In this document: piece by piece, positions 1 to 10,691 of the stretch | Position numbering within the stretch: position 1 is the stretch's first letter | How the letters are laid out: the number at the start of each line of letters is the position of its first letter | Source: Deltaproteobacteria bacterium | GTDB taxonomy: Bacteria; Myxococcota; Kuafuiibacteriia; Kuafuiibacteriales; Kuafuiibacteriaceae | Reading direction: 5' to 3' | Length of the DNA: 64,000 nucleotides | Assembly: GCA_040218735.1 (NCBI GenBank) | Contig: JAVJQW010000022.1 | Location: 64,001-128,000, forward strand | Notes under the pieces: model-generated | What the model saw: the letters and a program-made list of their open reading frames with translations, nothing else | What the model was told of the DNA's origin: nothing | Database searches by the model: none | Position numbers and translations under genes: made by a program

Positions 1-1359
<1,359 letters not shown>

Positions 1360-1422
1360 TCACGCGCCGGACCCGGTGTCCATGTGGGGTAGCGACGCGC
1401 ACCGGTCGCGCTGGGACCGGGC

Positions 1423-2793
1423 TCAGCGGAAGCGGGCGGGGTCGATGCCGGCGCGTTTGAGCCACCGGTACAGCTGCGTTCGGTGCCAGCCGTTGTCGAT
1501 CGCGGCGGCCTTCACGTTGCCCTTGGCCTGCGCGAGCGCGGCCTCGAGCGCCGCGAAGGACGGAATCCCGTCCTCGCTCTCGGGGTCCGCGGGCGCGACG
1601 GCCGCGCTGGCCGGCGCCGTCTTGTCGAAGCGCTGCGCGAGCGGACCGCGCAGCTCCAGCGGGAGGTCGATCAGCTCGAACGGCCCTTCTCCGGCGAGCT
1701 GCTCGAGCCGCTTCGTGAGCTTGCGGAGCTCGCGCACGTTCATCGGCCAGTCGTGCAGGAGCAGCGCCTCGTAGAACTCGGGGGTGGCGTCGCGCACCGG
1801 ACGGTCCGGGAACTCCGTGCGCAGGAAGTGCTTGAACAGCGTCAGGACGTCGGCGCGGCGCTCGGCGAGCGACGGGATGCGGAGCACCCAGTCACACAGG
1901 CGCGCCAACAGGTCCTGCCGAAAGCCCGTGTCCTCCAGGTCGATGTGCGTCGCGGCCACCACGCGGACGTCGACCGAAACCGGCGCCCCGCCGCCGAGCG
2001 GCTGGATGGTCTTGTCCTCGAGGACGCGCAGAAGCTTCGCCTGGACCGGCGCCGGGAGGTCGCCGACCTCGTCGAGGAAGAGGGTCCCGCCCTCGGCGAG
2101 CCCGAAGTAGCCGGTGCGCTCGGACTCGGCGCCCGTGAAGGCCCCCTTCTTGTGGCCGAACAGCTCCGACTCCGCGATCTCCGCGGGGATGGCGGCGCAG
2201 TTCACCGGGACGAACGCGCCATCGCGCCCGCTCACCTCGTGGATGGCGTGCGCGGTGACCTCCTTGCCGGAGCCCGTGGGGCCGAGGAGCAAGACGGTGC
2301 CGTCCGTCGGCGCGACGGTGGCGATGGAGCGCTTGAGGAGCAGCGTCGCGGCCGAGCCGCCGATCACCCCGCCGACCCCCGACGGATCCGCGTTGGGCGC
2401 CGCCGGCAGGTGGTCTCGCGACGGTTCGCGGTCGACGACCATCAGCGTGTCACCGGCGGAGAGCACCACGCCGTCCAGGGGGCGGCGTCCGGTGACCGGG
2501 GCGCCGTCCAGGTAGGTGCCGTTGGTCGTGGCGAAGTCCTCGACGAGGTAGCCGGAGGCCCCCGCGCTGAGCGCGACGTGGCGGCGCGACATGCGCTGGT
2601 CCCGCACCCGCTCGCCGGCGTCCGAGCTGCGCCCGAACACCAGCTCGCGGCCGTCGAGCACGAATTCGGCCCCGTGGTAGTCCGGATCCGGGGAGTGGAC
2701 GATGCGGATCCTCAGCGCGCTCGTGTCCGCCGTGAGGGTGACGTCGCGACGGAGCGTCGTCATCGTCACGGGCGGGTCGAGATCTGCGCTCAC
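1423..2793 (-). CDS. FHA-domain sigma54-dependent activator (bEBP, Fis-type HTH)
   Basis: FHA (FGRS..MSRRH..TTNGT), Walker A GPTGSGKE, ESELFGHKKGAFTGA, LFLDEVGD, WPMNVRELR, C-terminal HTH. Confidence 0.95.
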   Translation of the reverse strand: MSADLDPPVTMTTLRRDVTLTADTSALRIRIVHSPDPDYHGAEFVLDGRELVFGRSSDAGERVRDQRMSRRHVALSAGASGYLVEDFATTNGTYLDGAPVTGRRPLDGVVLSAGDTLMVVDREPSRDHLPAAPNADPSGVGGVIGGSAATLLLKRSIATVAPTDGTVLLLGPTGSGKEVTAHAIHEVSGRDGAFVPVNCAAIPAEIAESELFGHKKGAFTGAESERTGYFGLAEGGTLFLDEVGDLPAPVQAKLLRVLEDKTIQPLGGGAPVSVDVRVVAATHIDLEDTGFRQDLLARLCDWVLRIPSLAERRADVLTLFKHFLRTEFPDRPVRDATPEFYEALLLHDWPMNVRELRKLTKRLEQLAGEGPFELIDLPLELRGPLAQRFDKTAPASAAVAPADPESEDGIPSFAALEAALAQAKGNVKAAAIDNGWHRTQLYRWLKRAGIDPARFR

Positions 2794-2818
2794 GGCTGCA
2801 CCTTAGCGCAATCTTTCG

Positions 2819-2856
2819 CGTGTCACGACACGCCGCGTGACACGGAGCTCGTGTCA
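2819..2856. promoter_or_regulatory. Putative enhancer (UAS): overlapping GTGTCA/TGACAC inverted repeats
   Basis: cgtgtcacg(2819-2827)-8 nt-cgtgacacg(2836-2844), plus tgacacg-gagct-cgtgtca (2838-2856), upstream of a sigma54 motif and next to a bEBP gene. Confidence 0.6.
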
Positions 2857-2896
2857 AACGGGCGGCTGGGGTCGGCCTGTGACCGCACGAAGGTCA

Positions 2897-2912
2897 TGGC
2901 ACGGCCCGTGCT
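2897..2912 (+). promoter_or_regulatory. sigma54 (-24/-12) promoter
   Basis: TGGCACGGCCCGTGCT: GG-N10-GC spacing, matches TGGCACG-N4-TTGCW, 12 nt before the GTG at 2925. Confidence 0.8.
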
Positions 2913-2924
2913 CTTACGAGACAC

Positions 2925-4166
2925 GTGGCCGACGCATCCTCCCCACGACCCTCGGAGTTCTTCGCCTACGCCGCGCAGCACGGCGCCGCGCAGCTGGTCG
3001 CCCATTCGACGGGCAACTCGAAGATCGAAATCGACGGGCAGACCCTCGCCGACTTCACCTCCAACAGCTACTTCGGCCTCGAGCGCGACCGCCGCCTCCA
3101 GGCCGCGGCCCACAGCGCGATGATGCGGTTCGGGGTCCAGTACGCTGCACCGCGTGCGCACGTCTCGCTCGATCTCTACCGCGAGCTCGAGGGGCTGCTG
3201 GACCAGATCTTCGTGGGCCCGACGATGCTTGCGGCGAGCACCACGCTCGCCCACCTCGCGACGCTCCCCACGTTGGTCTCGCCGCGGGATCTCGTGTTGA
3301 TGGAGACCAGCGTCCACCCGAGCGTCCGGCTCGCCGCCGAGAATCTCGTGGCGCGCGGCGTGCGCGTCCACGAGGTCACGCGCGGGGACTTCGAGACGCT
3401 CGACTCCGTGATGTGGCAACACGCGCCGACGTTCGAGCGGGTGTGGTACCTCGCCGACGGCGTCGACGCGACGTTCGGCGACGTGCTCGACATCCAGCGC
3501 CTCGAGAAGGTCCGCGACGAGCACCCGCAGCTGTATCTGTACATCGGCGATTCCCACGGCATGAGCATCCGTGGGCACCACGGCCGGGGCTTCGCGCTCG
3601 ACGGGCTCCGGTCGCGCGCCCGGACCATCGTGGTGAATTCGCTCTCCAAGTGTTTCGCGGCCGCGGGGGCGGCAGTGGTGTTCCCGAACGACGGGATGAA
3701 GCAGCGCGTGTTCGACGGGGGGGCGCCGATCATCTCGAGCGGACCCCTGCCGCCCCCGATGCTCGGGGCCGCGATCGCGTCCGCGCGCATCCACCTCGCG
3801 GACGAGATCATCGGCCGACAACGGCGCCTGGAGGCGCTGATCGTCACGCGCAACGATCTGCTCGCGCGACACGAGCTGCCCACGCCGGTCACGAGCACCT
3901 CGCCGATCGCGTTCGTGGAGTTGTCGTCCGAGCGGGAGGTCGTCGCGGTGGCGAACGCCCTGAGGACGCGTGGGTACTACGTCCACGCGACGCCGGTGAC
4001 GAACGGCCGCACTGGAATCCGCTTCACGACCACGGTCGACACGTCGGCGCGCACGTTGGAGGCGATGTTGGAGCTGCTCGCGCACGCCCGAAACCACCTG
4101 CACCGGACGCCGTCCGGGCGGCCGTCGTCGTCGAGCCCGCGCGACGTTCCTTGTCGCACCACGTGA
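2925..4166 (+). CDS. PLP-dependent alpha-oxoamine synthase-like protein (AONS/SPT/CqsA superfamily)
   Basis: FTSNSYFGLE, WYLADGV, GDSHGMS (DDAHG-like), NSLSKCF with the PLP lysine. Confidence 0.85.
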   Translation: MADASSPRPSEFFAYAAQHGAAQLVAHSTGNSKIEIDGQTLADFTSNSYFGLERDRRLQAAAHSAMMRFGVQYAAPRAHVSLDLYRELEGLLDQIFVGPTMLAASTTLAHLATLPTLVSPRDLVLMETSVHPSVRLAAENLVARGVRVHEVTRGDFETLDSVMWQHAPTFERVWYLADGVDATFGDVLDIQRLEKVRDEHPQLYLYIGDSHGMSIRGHHGRGFALDGLRSRARTIVVNSLSKCFAAAGAAVVFPNDGMKQRVFDGGAPIISSGPLPPPMLGAAIASARIHLADEIIGRQRRLEALIVTRNDLLARHELPTPVTSTSPIAFVELSSEREVVAVANALRTRGYYVHATPVTNGRTGIRFTTTVDTSARTLEAMLELLAHARNHLHRTPSGRPSSSSPRDVPCRTT

Positions 4167-4212
4167 GGCGCCGCCCGCTGTTTGGGCGGCCGTGACGTGC
4201 TATGCGACGAAC

Positions 4213-7200
4213 ATGAACACCCCCCGGGAGATCGCCCTCGCCGAGAAGCTCGCGTGCCTGCGCGCGGTGCCCGAGTTTCGTGGTCTCTCGGAGGAAGCGC
4301 TCACGCCCCTCGCGAAAGCGATGGAGATGCGCGTGTATCCGCCGCCGGGGGGGCCCGGTGTCCTCATGGGTCGGCTGCTGGGGTTGGTGGGTAACGGCGA
4401 CGAGCACTGGATCACGCACCCCAACCGTCCCGTCGCGGAGCGGTTGCTCTCGGTCGTCGTCGACGGACAGGTGCGCCTCGTCCAGACGCAGAACGGCGAG
4501 CCGTGGTCGCGCGCGCTCGGGCCGGGCACGCTGTTCAACGAAGAAGGCGTCGCGCACGCGCTCGGGATGCGCGGGCCCGAGGGTATGAAGATCGGCGCCG
4601 CCCCCGTCGGGCGCGCGTGGGTGTTGGAGCTGCCGAAGGCGAAGGTCGAGTCGGTGCTCGGTCGAGACCCGGAGCAGTCCGCCGTGTTGAGCGGCGTGCT
4701 CCGCGGCTTCGTGAGCGCGCAGTACGCGCCGCCGGTCGTGCAAGTCATGAAGCGCGACCCGAGCCTCGGGAACGCGCGGCTCGACGATCTCTACGCGCTC
4801 GCCGAAGGCGCCGAGGTCGTGCACCTCAAACGCGGCGCGCCGGTGCCCTACTTCGAGCCGGGCCAGGTGCCACAATACTTCTACGTGGTCGTCAGCGGGC
4901 GGCTCGTGTCGGCGCCGCGCGGTCTGCCGGACCCCGTCGCCGTGGGTACGCGCGTCGACACCGCGTTCCCGATCGGGTTGTCGCAGATGATTCGCCGGCA
5001 GGTGTTGAGCGAGCAGCTGTACGCCGCGGACGACGTGACCGTGATGGCGATCGGCGCCGACCGATTCCAGGAGCTGCTCTACACCAACACCGACTTCTTC
5101 CGCGCAATCCTCGAAGGCGCCGGCGTCGACCCGCTCCGCGGACAGCGCGACCAACAAACGGACGTCGACGTGGTGCTCGTCGCGGCGAGCCCGAAGCTCG
5201 AGACGCCGATCGGACCGGTCACGGATCTCCTCGGCGAGGCGATCGCTTCACACATGTACGATCGCACCTGCGTCCTGCACGTGCTCCCGCCGGGTGAAGG
5301 CCCGGTGCCCAACACCCAGCGCATCCTCGCGCCGCACCACGACTCCCGCTACCCGGGTGCCACCGCCGTCACCCATCACTACGCCCGCGCCGACGCCGAG
5401 GGGGTCGAGGCGGTGGACCGGGTGATCGAGGCGCTACGCGAGGAGCGCGCGCACGACCAGGACGTCGCGCACGACATCATCCTCGTGGACATCTCGCGCT
5501 TGGAGAGCGCGAGCACGACGCTCACGCGCTTCGCGGCGTTGAAGGCGCTGACGCGTATCTGCTTCGTCATCGACGACCCGGAGGACTACGTCCCCTTCTC
5601 GATGCTCCTGCGGAGCGTGGAGGTCGTGACGGTCGGTGTGCTGCCGGCGTTCCGCGACCAGCGCCCGATCGGCCTCGTGATGGAGGAGATGCACGACCAC
5701 TTTCAGGAGCAGTCCGTCCTGTCGCGTGTGAAGCAGGCATCGTCGACCGTGTTCGGGTACGGACGGACCCGCCTGCAGCGACGCGCCGAGTCCGCGCAGC
5801 GCTACGCGGAGCGGTTGATGCGGCCGTGGGAGTACGCGGACGGCTCACCGATCGCGATGCCGCCGTGGCCGCCGAGGACGACGCGCGTTCGTTTCGATCC
5901 GGAGCTCCTCGAAGCCGTTTATGCGCGCGTGAACGCGCCGGCCGACGCAGCGCCGCTGAAGCTCGGTGACTGGGAGGCTTCGCGCGACTCGATCAACCGG
6001 TGGGCGCGCGGCGTGACGGGGCGACGCGTGGGCATCGCGCTCGGCGGCGGCGGTGCGTTCGGTTACGTGCACGCCGCGTTGATCCGCCGGCTTCGCAGCG
6101 ACGACTACGACGTCCCGATCGACCTGGTGAGCGGGTCGAGCTTTGGGGCGGTGGTCGGCGCCTACTACGCGGGCGGCGACACGGACTTCGAGCGCCTGAT
6201 CGACCACTGGTACCTCATGACCGCGGCGGTCTCGGTCGGCATCGTCACGACGGCGTCGATGACCTTGGCGATCGACCTCGACGTCGGCGCCTACGACATG
6301 AACGAGATCGAGATCTCGTACTACCCGGTCGTCACCGACGCCGACACCGGGACGGAGTGGAGCCTGCGCCGCGGCACGCTCGGTCGTGGTGTGCGCGCGT
6401 CGGGCTCGCTGCCGCCGATGGCGCCGACGATCGAAGGTGTGCGCCGCCTCCTCGACGGTGGCCTCGTCGCCAACGTCCCCGTGCAGGTGCTGCACGACGA
6501 AGGCGCGGGGATGATCATCGCGTCGAACCCGATTCCGGACCCTGCGCCGCGCGAGCCGAAGGCGCCGTTGCCGATCCCGTTCCTCGGAGCGTTCCTGCGA
6601 TCGAGCGAGCCCATCGACCGCATCATGGACGGGTTCCGCTCCACGCTGATCCTCATGCGCGCGGCCGGCGCGAGCCAGGAGCGGTTCGCGGATCTCGTGT
6701 ACGCCGCCGAGACCCGCGGCACGACGATGTTCCGGTTCCAGGATCGCAAACAGATCATGGCGGAGGCGGAGCGTGATCCCGAGCGCCGGCTCGACCAGGC
6801 CGCAGAGCGCGCGTTGTTGCGCTGGCGTCGCTCGCTGCGACGTCCGCCGACCCGCGTGCAGGTGCTGGAGTCGGGCGAGATCCACGTGCCGGCCGGGCTG
6901 TGTTTCATGGAGCGCGCGGGGCGTGAAGTCTTCACGGAGACCGCCGCGGAGATCCTCGGCGAGGTCGCTGCCTTCCTTCGGGCCTCGCCGCAGATCCGGA
7001 AGGTCGGCGTGCACATCCCGATTCAATCCGCGCGCGGGGAGGAGGCCGTCGGTCCGCACCGACTCGCGGCGGGCGACACCGACGCCGACGAGCGCGCGAG
7101 CCGCGTCGTGGAGGAACTCACGCAGCGCGGCGTCGAGCCCGACCGCCTGCAGATCCTGAAACACGGCTCTGCGCGGTTCACGCGCGGACGCGAGGTGGAG

Positions 7201-9555
7201 CTCATCGCCCTGGAGGTCGCGACGGGGATCGCGGCGCAGCGGCTCGTGGACGCCGCCCAGGTGCAGGCGCGCGTCGAGCGACGACGACGCCTGACGTCGG
7301 ACGCCCGGGCGCAGCTCGAAGCCGGCAACGTGGGGCTCGCGCGACTCCTCGCGTTGGAGGCGGCGGCGCTCGGGATGGACCTGGAGGTCGACGGCGTGCT
7401 GCGCACGATCCTCGAACGGCCGCTCTCCCGGCGGTACGCGCTGCCGGCGCTCGAAGATTCGATTCACCGACTGCGCTGGTCGCCGGACGGCAACTACCTC
7501 GCGCGCGCGGGGTCGGGGGCGTTTTCGATCCACCCCCACGACACCCCCGACGACGCGATCCTCGTCCCCGCGAACGGCTACGGGACCGGCCTGTCCTGGA
7601 GCCCGGACCAGACCAAGCTCGCGCGCGGGAGCCACGACCGCACCGAGCGCATCTACGACGTCTCGCGCCTCCCTCAGGCGCCGCAACAGATCGCGATGCG
7701 TTCGACGAACACCTGGCGCGGCTGGGGCGTCGCGTTCCACCCCGAGGGCGATCGACTGCTCGGCACCGACCAAAACGGCGCTTCGATCTGGACCCTCCCC
7801 GGCACCCTCGACTCCGTCCGCCTCGAACACGAAGGTCCGATCAACTGGGCCGCGTGGGACGCGGACGGAAAGTGGGTCGTGACCACCGGGGAAGACGGGC
7901 GCATCGGCCTGTGGAACGCGGCGACCGGAGCACGGGTGCGCTGGTTACACGAAGGCGAAGCGAAGCCCGGCATCGCGGCCTTCAACCGGGATGGCGTGCT
8001 CGCTGCGGCGGACGGGAGGCACGTCCTGCTCTGGACCGACCCCGAGCAGGGCGACGCGAAGGTGCTGCACGGTCACCACCGATCGGTCGTGCACATCGCG
8101 TGGTCCACCTCCGGGCGACGCCTCGCGACCGCCTCGGACGATCTGTCCGTGCGCCTGTGGAACGCGGCGGGTGAGCTGCAGACCGTGGTGTGGGGCCACA
8201 GCACGCCGGCGCAGGTGCTCGCGTGGCACCCCGACCACGAGGTCCTCGCGAGCGGCGGACACGATGGGCGCACCAACCTCTGGGACGGCGAGACGGGGCG
8301 AAGTCTCCTGCGGATCGGAGGCAAGAGCGGCGTCACGTCCATCGACTGGCGACCGCAAGGTGACTTGCTCGCGACGGGCCGCGCCGACGGCACGACGCAG
8401 GTCTGGGATCCCGACTCGCGCGCCTCCGTCACGCGGCGTTACGCCGGTGAGCCGGCGTCGCGCGTCACGGTGTTCCCGTCGGATCCTTCTCGGGTCCTCA
8501 CGAGCACGCGCGACGGTCGCGTGGAGATCTGGTCGAGCATCAACGGACGGCCCGAGCAGGTCCTCCGCGAATCCGACGGACACGCGGTCGAAGCGGCGCT
8601 GCACCCGGACGCTTCGGCGGTGGCGTTCGGTCGTGAGCACCGCCTGACGATCGTCGACCTCACCACCGGTGAAGAGACCGTCGTCGACACGCCAAAGGGG
8701 GCGGTCGAGCGGATTCGCTGGTCGCCGGACGGCAAGTACGTCGCGTTCACCGGCGACGAACGCTGTCAGGTCGTGGACGTGCAGACCCGGACGGTCGCGT
8801 TCGTCTCGGACGACATCGGCGCGATCACCACGGTGGAGTGGTCACCGGACTCCACACGTTTGTTGATCGGTGCGTGGTTGGCGCGCGAGCCGGTGCACGT
8901 GTGGGCCTTCGCCGACGGACCGAGGCCGGTGCGCCTCCCGCTCGCGCACCGCGACGGCGTGTGGAAGGTGGCGTGGAGCACCGACGGCACCAAGATCGCG
9001 TCGGGCAGCAACGAGGACGGAACGCTGGCCGCGGCGCGCCTCGACGGGACGCAGATCGTCGGCGACATCGTGTACGCCACACACGCGAGCGCCGTGCTCG
9101 ACGTGAAGTGGTCTCCCACCGGCAACCTCGTCGCGACGGCCAGCGGCGATCGCAAGGTGCGCGTCCTCGACTTCGACTCGGGCCGTGCGGAGACGATCGG
9201 CGAGCACGACGAAGCGGTCTTCACGGTGCGGTGGAGCGACGACGGCCGACACCTCGTCTCGGGCGGCGGCGACGCCGTGGCGCGGATCTGGTCGGTCGCG
9301 GAGCGGACGCCGGTCGCGGTGATCCGCGGCCACGAGAACAGGGTCTTCGGCGTCGGTTACCTCGACCGGGACAAGAGCCTCCTCACCGCGAGCGACGACG
9401 GGACGATCCGCGTGCACCTCGCGTCGAGCGTCGACGTGCGCGACGCGGTCGCGGAGTCGGCGTCGCGACTCACGATGACACCTGAGGAGTGGGCGAAGTG
9501 GATGCCGAGCGGCGAGCCGCTGCGTCCGTCGTGGCCGCCGGGGTCCTCCTCGTGA
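4213..9555 (+). CDS. Multidomain cNMP-binding / patatin phospholipase / OmpA-like / WD40 protein
   Basis: Two cNMP-like domains; patatin motifs LGGGGAFG, GSSFG, LDGG; degenerate OmpA-C-like segment; long WD40 array (LATASDDLSVRLWN etc.). Alternative GTG start at 4192. Confidence 0.88.
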   Translation: MNTPREIALAEKLACLRAVPEFRGLSEEALTPLAKAMEMRVYPPPGGPGVLMGRLLGLVGNGDEHWITHPNRPVAERLLSVVVDGQVRLVQTQNGEPWSRALGPGTLFNEEGVAHALGMRGPEGMKIGAAPVGRAWVLELPKAKVESVLGRDPEQSAVLSGVLRGFVSAQYAPPVVQVMKRDPSLGNARLDDLYALAEGAEVVHLKRGAPVPYFEPGQVPQYFYVVVSGRLVSAPRGLPDPVAVGTRVDTAFPIGLSQMIRRQVLSEQLYAADDVTVMAIGADRFQELLYTNTDFFRAILEGAGVDPLRGQRDQQTDVDVVLVAASPKLETPIGPVTDLLGEAIASHMYDRTCVLHVLPPGEGPVPNTQRILAPHHDSRYPGATAVTHHYARADAEGVEAVDRVIEALREERAHDQDVAHDIILVDISRLESASTTLTRFAALKALTRICFVIDDPEDYVPFSMLLRSVEVVTVGVLPAFRDQRPIGLVMEEMHDHFQEQSVLSRVKQASSTVFGYGRTRLQRRAESAQRYAERLMRPWEYADGSPIAMPPWPPRTTRVRFDPELLEAVYARVNAPADAAPLKLGDWEASRDSINRWARGVTGRRVGIALGGGGAFGYVHAALIRRLRSDDYDVPIDLVSGSSFGAVVGAYYAGGDTDFERLIDHWYLMTAAVSVGIVTTASMTLAIDLDVGAYDMNEIEISYYPVVTDADTGTEWSLRRGTLGRGVRASGSLPPMAPTIEGVRRLLDGGLVANVPVQVLHDEGAGMIIASNPIPDPAPREPKAPLPIPFLGAFLRSSEPIDRIMDGFRSTLILMRAAGASQERFADLVYAAETRGTTMFRFQDRKQIMAEAERDPERRLDQAAERALLRWRRSLRRPPTRVQVLESGEIHVPAGLCFMERAGREVFTETAAEILGEVAAFLRASPQIRKVGVHIPIQSARGEEAVGPHRLAAGDTDADERASRVVEELTQRGVEPDRLQILKHGSARFTRGREVELIALEVATGIAAQRLVDAAQVQARVERRRRLTSDARAQLEAGNVGLARLLALEAAALGMDLEVDGVLRTILERPLSRRYALPALEDSIHRLRWSPDGNYLARAGSGAFSIHPHDTPDDAILVPANGYGTGLSWSPDQTKLARGSHDRTERIYDVSRLPQAPQQIAMRSTNTWRGWGVAFHPEGDRLLGTDQNGASIWTLPGTLDSVRLEHEGPINWAAWDADGKWVVTTGEDGRIGLWNAATGARVRWLHEGEAKPGIAAFNRDGVLAAADGRHVLLWTDPEQGDAKVLHGHHRSVVHIAWSTSGRRLATASDDLSVRLWNAAGELQTVVWGHSTPAQVLAWHPDHEVLASGGHDGRTNLWDGETGRSLLRIGGKSGVTSIDWRPQGDLLATGRADGTTQVWDPDSRASVTRRYAGEPASRVTVFPSDPSRVLTSTRDGRVEIWSSINGRPEQVLRESDGHAVEAALHPDASAVAFGREHRLTIVDLTTGEETVVDTPKGAVERIRWSPDGKYVAFTGDERCQVVDVQTRTVAFVSDDIGAITTVEWSPDSTRLLIGAWLAREPVHVWAFADGPRPVRLPLAHRDGVWKVAWSTDGTKIASGSNEDGTLAAARLDGTQIVGDIVYATHASAVLDVKWSPTGNLVATASGDRKVRVLDFDSGRAETIGEHDEAVFTVRWSDDGRHLVSGGGDAVARIWSVAERTPVAVIRGHENRVFGVGYLDRDKSLLTASDDGTIRVHLASSVDVRDAVAESASRLTMTPEEWAKWMPSGEPLRPSWPPGSSS

Positions 9556-10691
9556 AGACCGAAGCGTGGGCGATCCGAAGCGGCGACGGGCCCGGCGCGC
9601 TGGAGCGCATCGAGCTGACGCTGCGTCCCCCCGGACCGCACGAGGTCCTCGTCGAGCCGCTCTACGGATCGTGGGAAGCGAACATGTCGCACGCGATCGC
9701 GCGGCGCCCGGTCGACGTGTGCAAGATGCGAAACGAGCCGTTCGTCGTGCTCGGCAACTCCGGCGTCGGGCGCGTCGTCGCGTGTGGGCCCGGAGTGACG
9801 CTCGCGGAGGGCGACGTGTGCCTGTACGCCCTGCCCCACGAGTTCGACCCGTACGGCTACCCCGAGCGGTTGATGGGCTTCGACCGACCGCACGTGCACG
9901 GCCTCCTCGCGCGGCGCGGGCTGTGGCGCGCCGAAGACCTCCACCCGCTGCCGAAGGACACACGTCACTCGCTGCGACAGTGGGCGGCGTTCTCGGTGCG
10001 CTTCCTCTCCGCCTGGTCGAGCTGGAAGGTCGCGCACGGCGCGTGGCGGCTGCAGATGGACGAGTCCGATCAACGTGTCCCGTACGTCTTCGGCTGGGGC
10101 GGCGGGACGACGCTCGCGACGCTCCAGCTCGCTCGGCTGTTCGGCGCCGACGCCACGATGGTCGCGTCGAGCCCCGCGCGCCTCGAGCAGATCGAGTCGC
10201 TGGGCATCCACCCGCTGGATCGCCGCGACTACCTCGACCTCGTACACGACGAGACCCGGATGAAGGACCCCGCGTACGCGGCGCGTTACCGCGAAGCCGA
10301 GCGCCGCTTCCTGCGTGACGTCCGCGGACGCACGGAAGGCCGCGGTGCATCGATCTTCTTCGACTACATCGGGACGCCGGTGTTGCGCGCGACGCTCAAG
10401 GCGCTCGCGCGGCAGGGGGTGCTGGCGACCGCGGGTTGGCTCGAGGGGCGCGACACGAACCTCAACCGCGCGCGAGAGTGCGTGAGCCGGCACATCCACG
10501 TGCACACCCACGGCTATCGGCGGCAGGAGGTCGCGCCCGCGGTGGCGTTCGCGGAGGCGAACGACTGGGTGCCGACGATCCACGACGAAGAGCGCGTGTA
10601 CACCTTCGACGGGATCGACGAGCTCGCCGAGGACTTCGCGGCCGGGCGCGTGACGAGTTACTTCCCGGTGTTCGAGATCAACCCCGCGTGA
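9552..10691 (+). CDS. Medium-chain dehydrogenase/reductase (zinc-binding dehydrogenase family)
   Basis: PGPHEVLVEPLYGSWEAN, FVVLGNSGVGRVV, VFGWGGGT, GASIFFDYIG; GTGA overlap with the upstream stop. Confidence 0.85.
   Translation: MKTEAWAIRSGDGPGALERIELTLRPPGPHEVLVEPLYGSWEANMSHAIARRPVDVCKMRNEPFVVLGNSGVGRVVACGPGVTLAEGDVCLYALPHEFDPYGYPERLMGFDRPHVHGLLARRGLWRAEDLHPLPKDTRHSLRQWAAFSVRFLSAWSSWKVAHGAWRLQMDESDQRVPYVFGWGGGTTLATLQLARLFGADATMVASSPARLEQIESLGIHPLDRRDYLDLVHDETRMKDPAYAARYREAERRFLRDVRGRTEGRGASIFFDYIGTPVLRATLKALARQGVLATAGWLEGRDTNLNRARECVSRHIHVHTHGYRRQEVAPAVAFAEANDWVPTIHDEERVYTFDGIDELAEDFAAGRVTSYFPVFEINPA

Noticed and set aside
1483-3123. 546-aa plus-strand ORF
   Set aside because: Antisense shadow of the FHA-bEBP.
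2925-4166. Naming this gene bioF
   Set aside because: No biotin operon context and the motifs are divergent; left at superfamily level.
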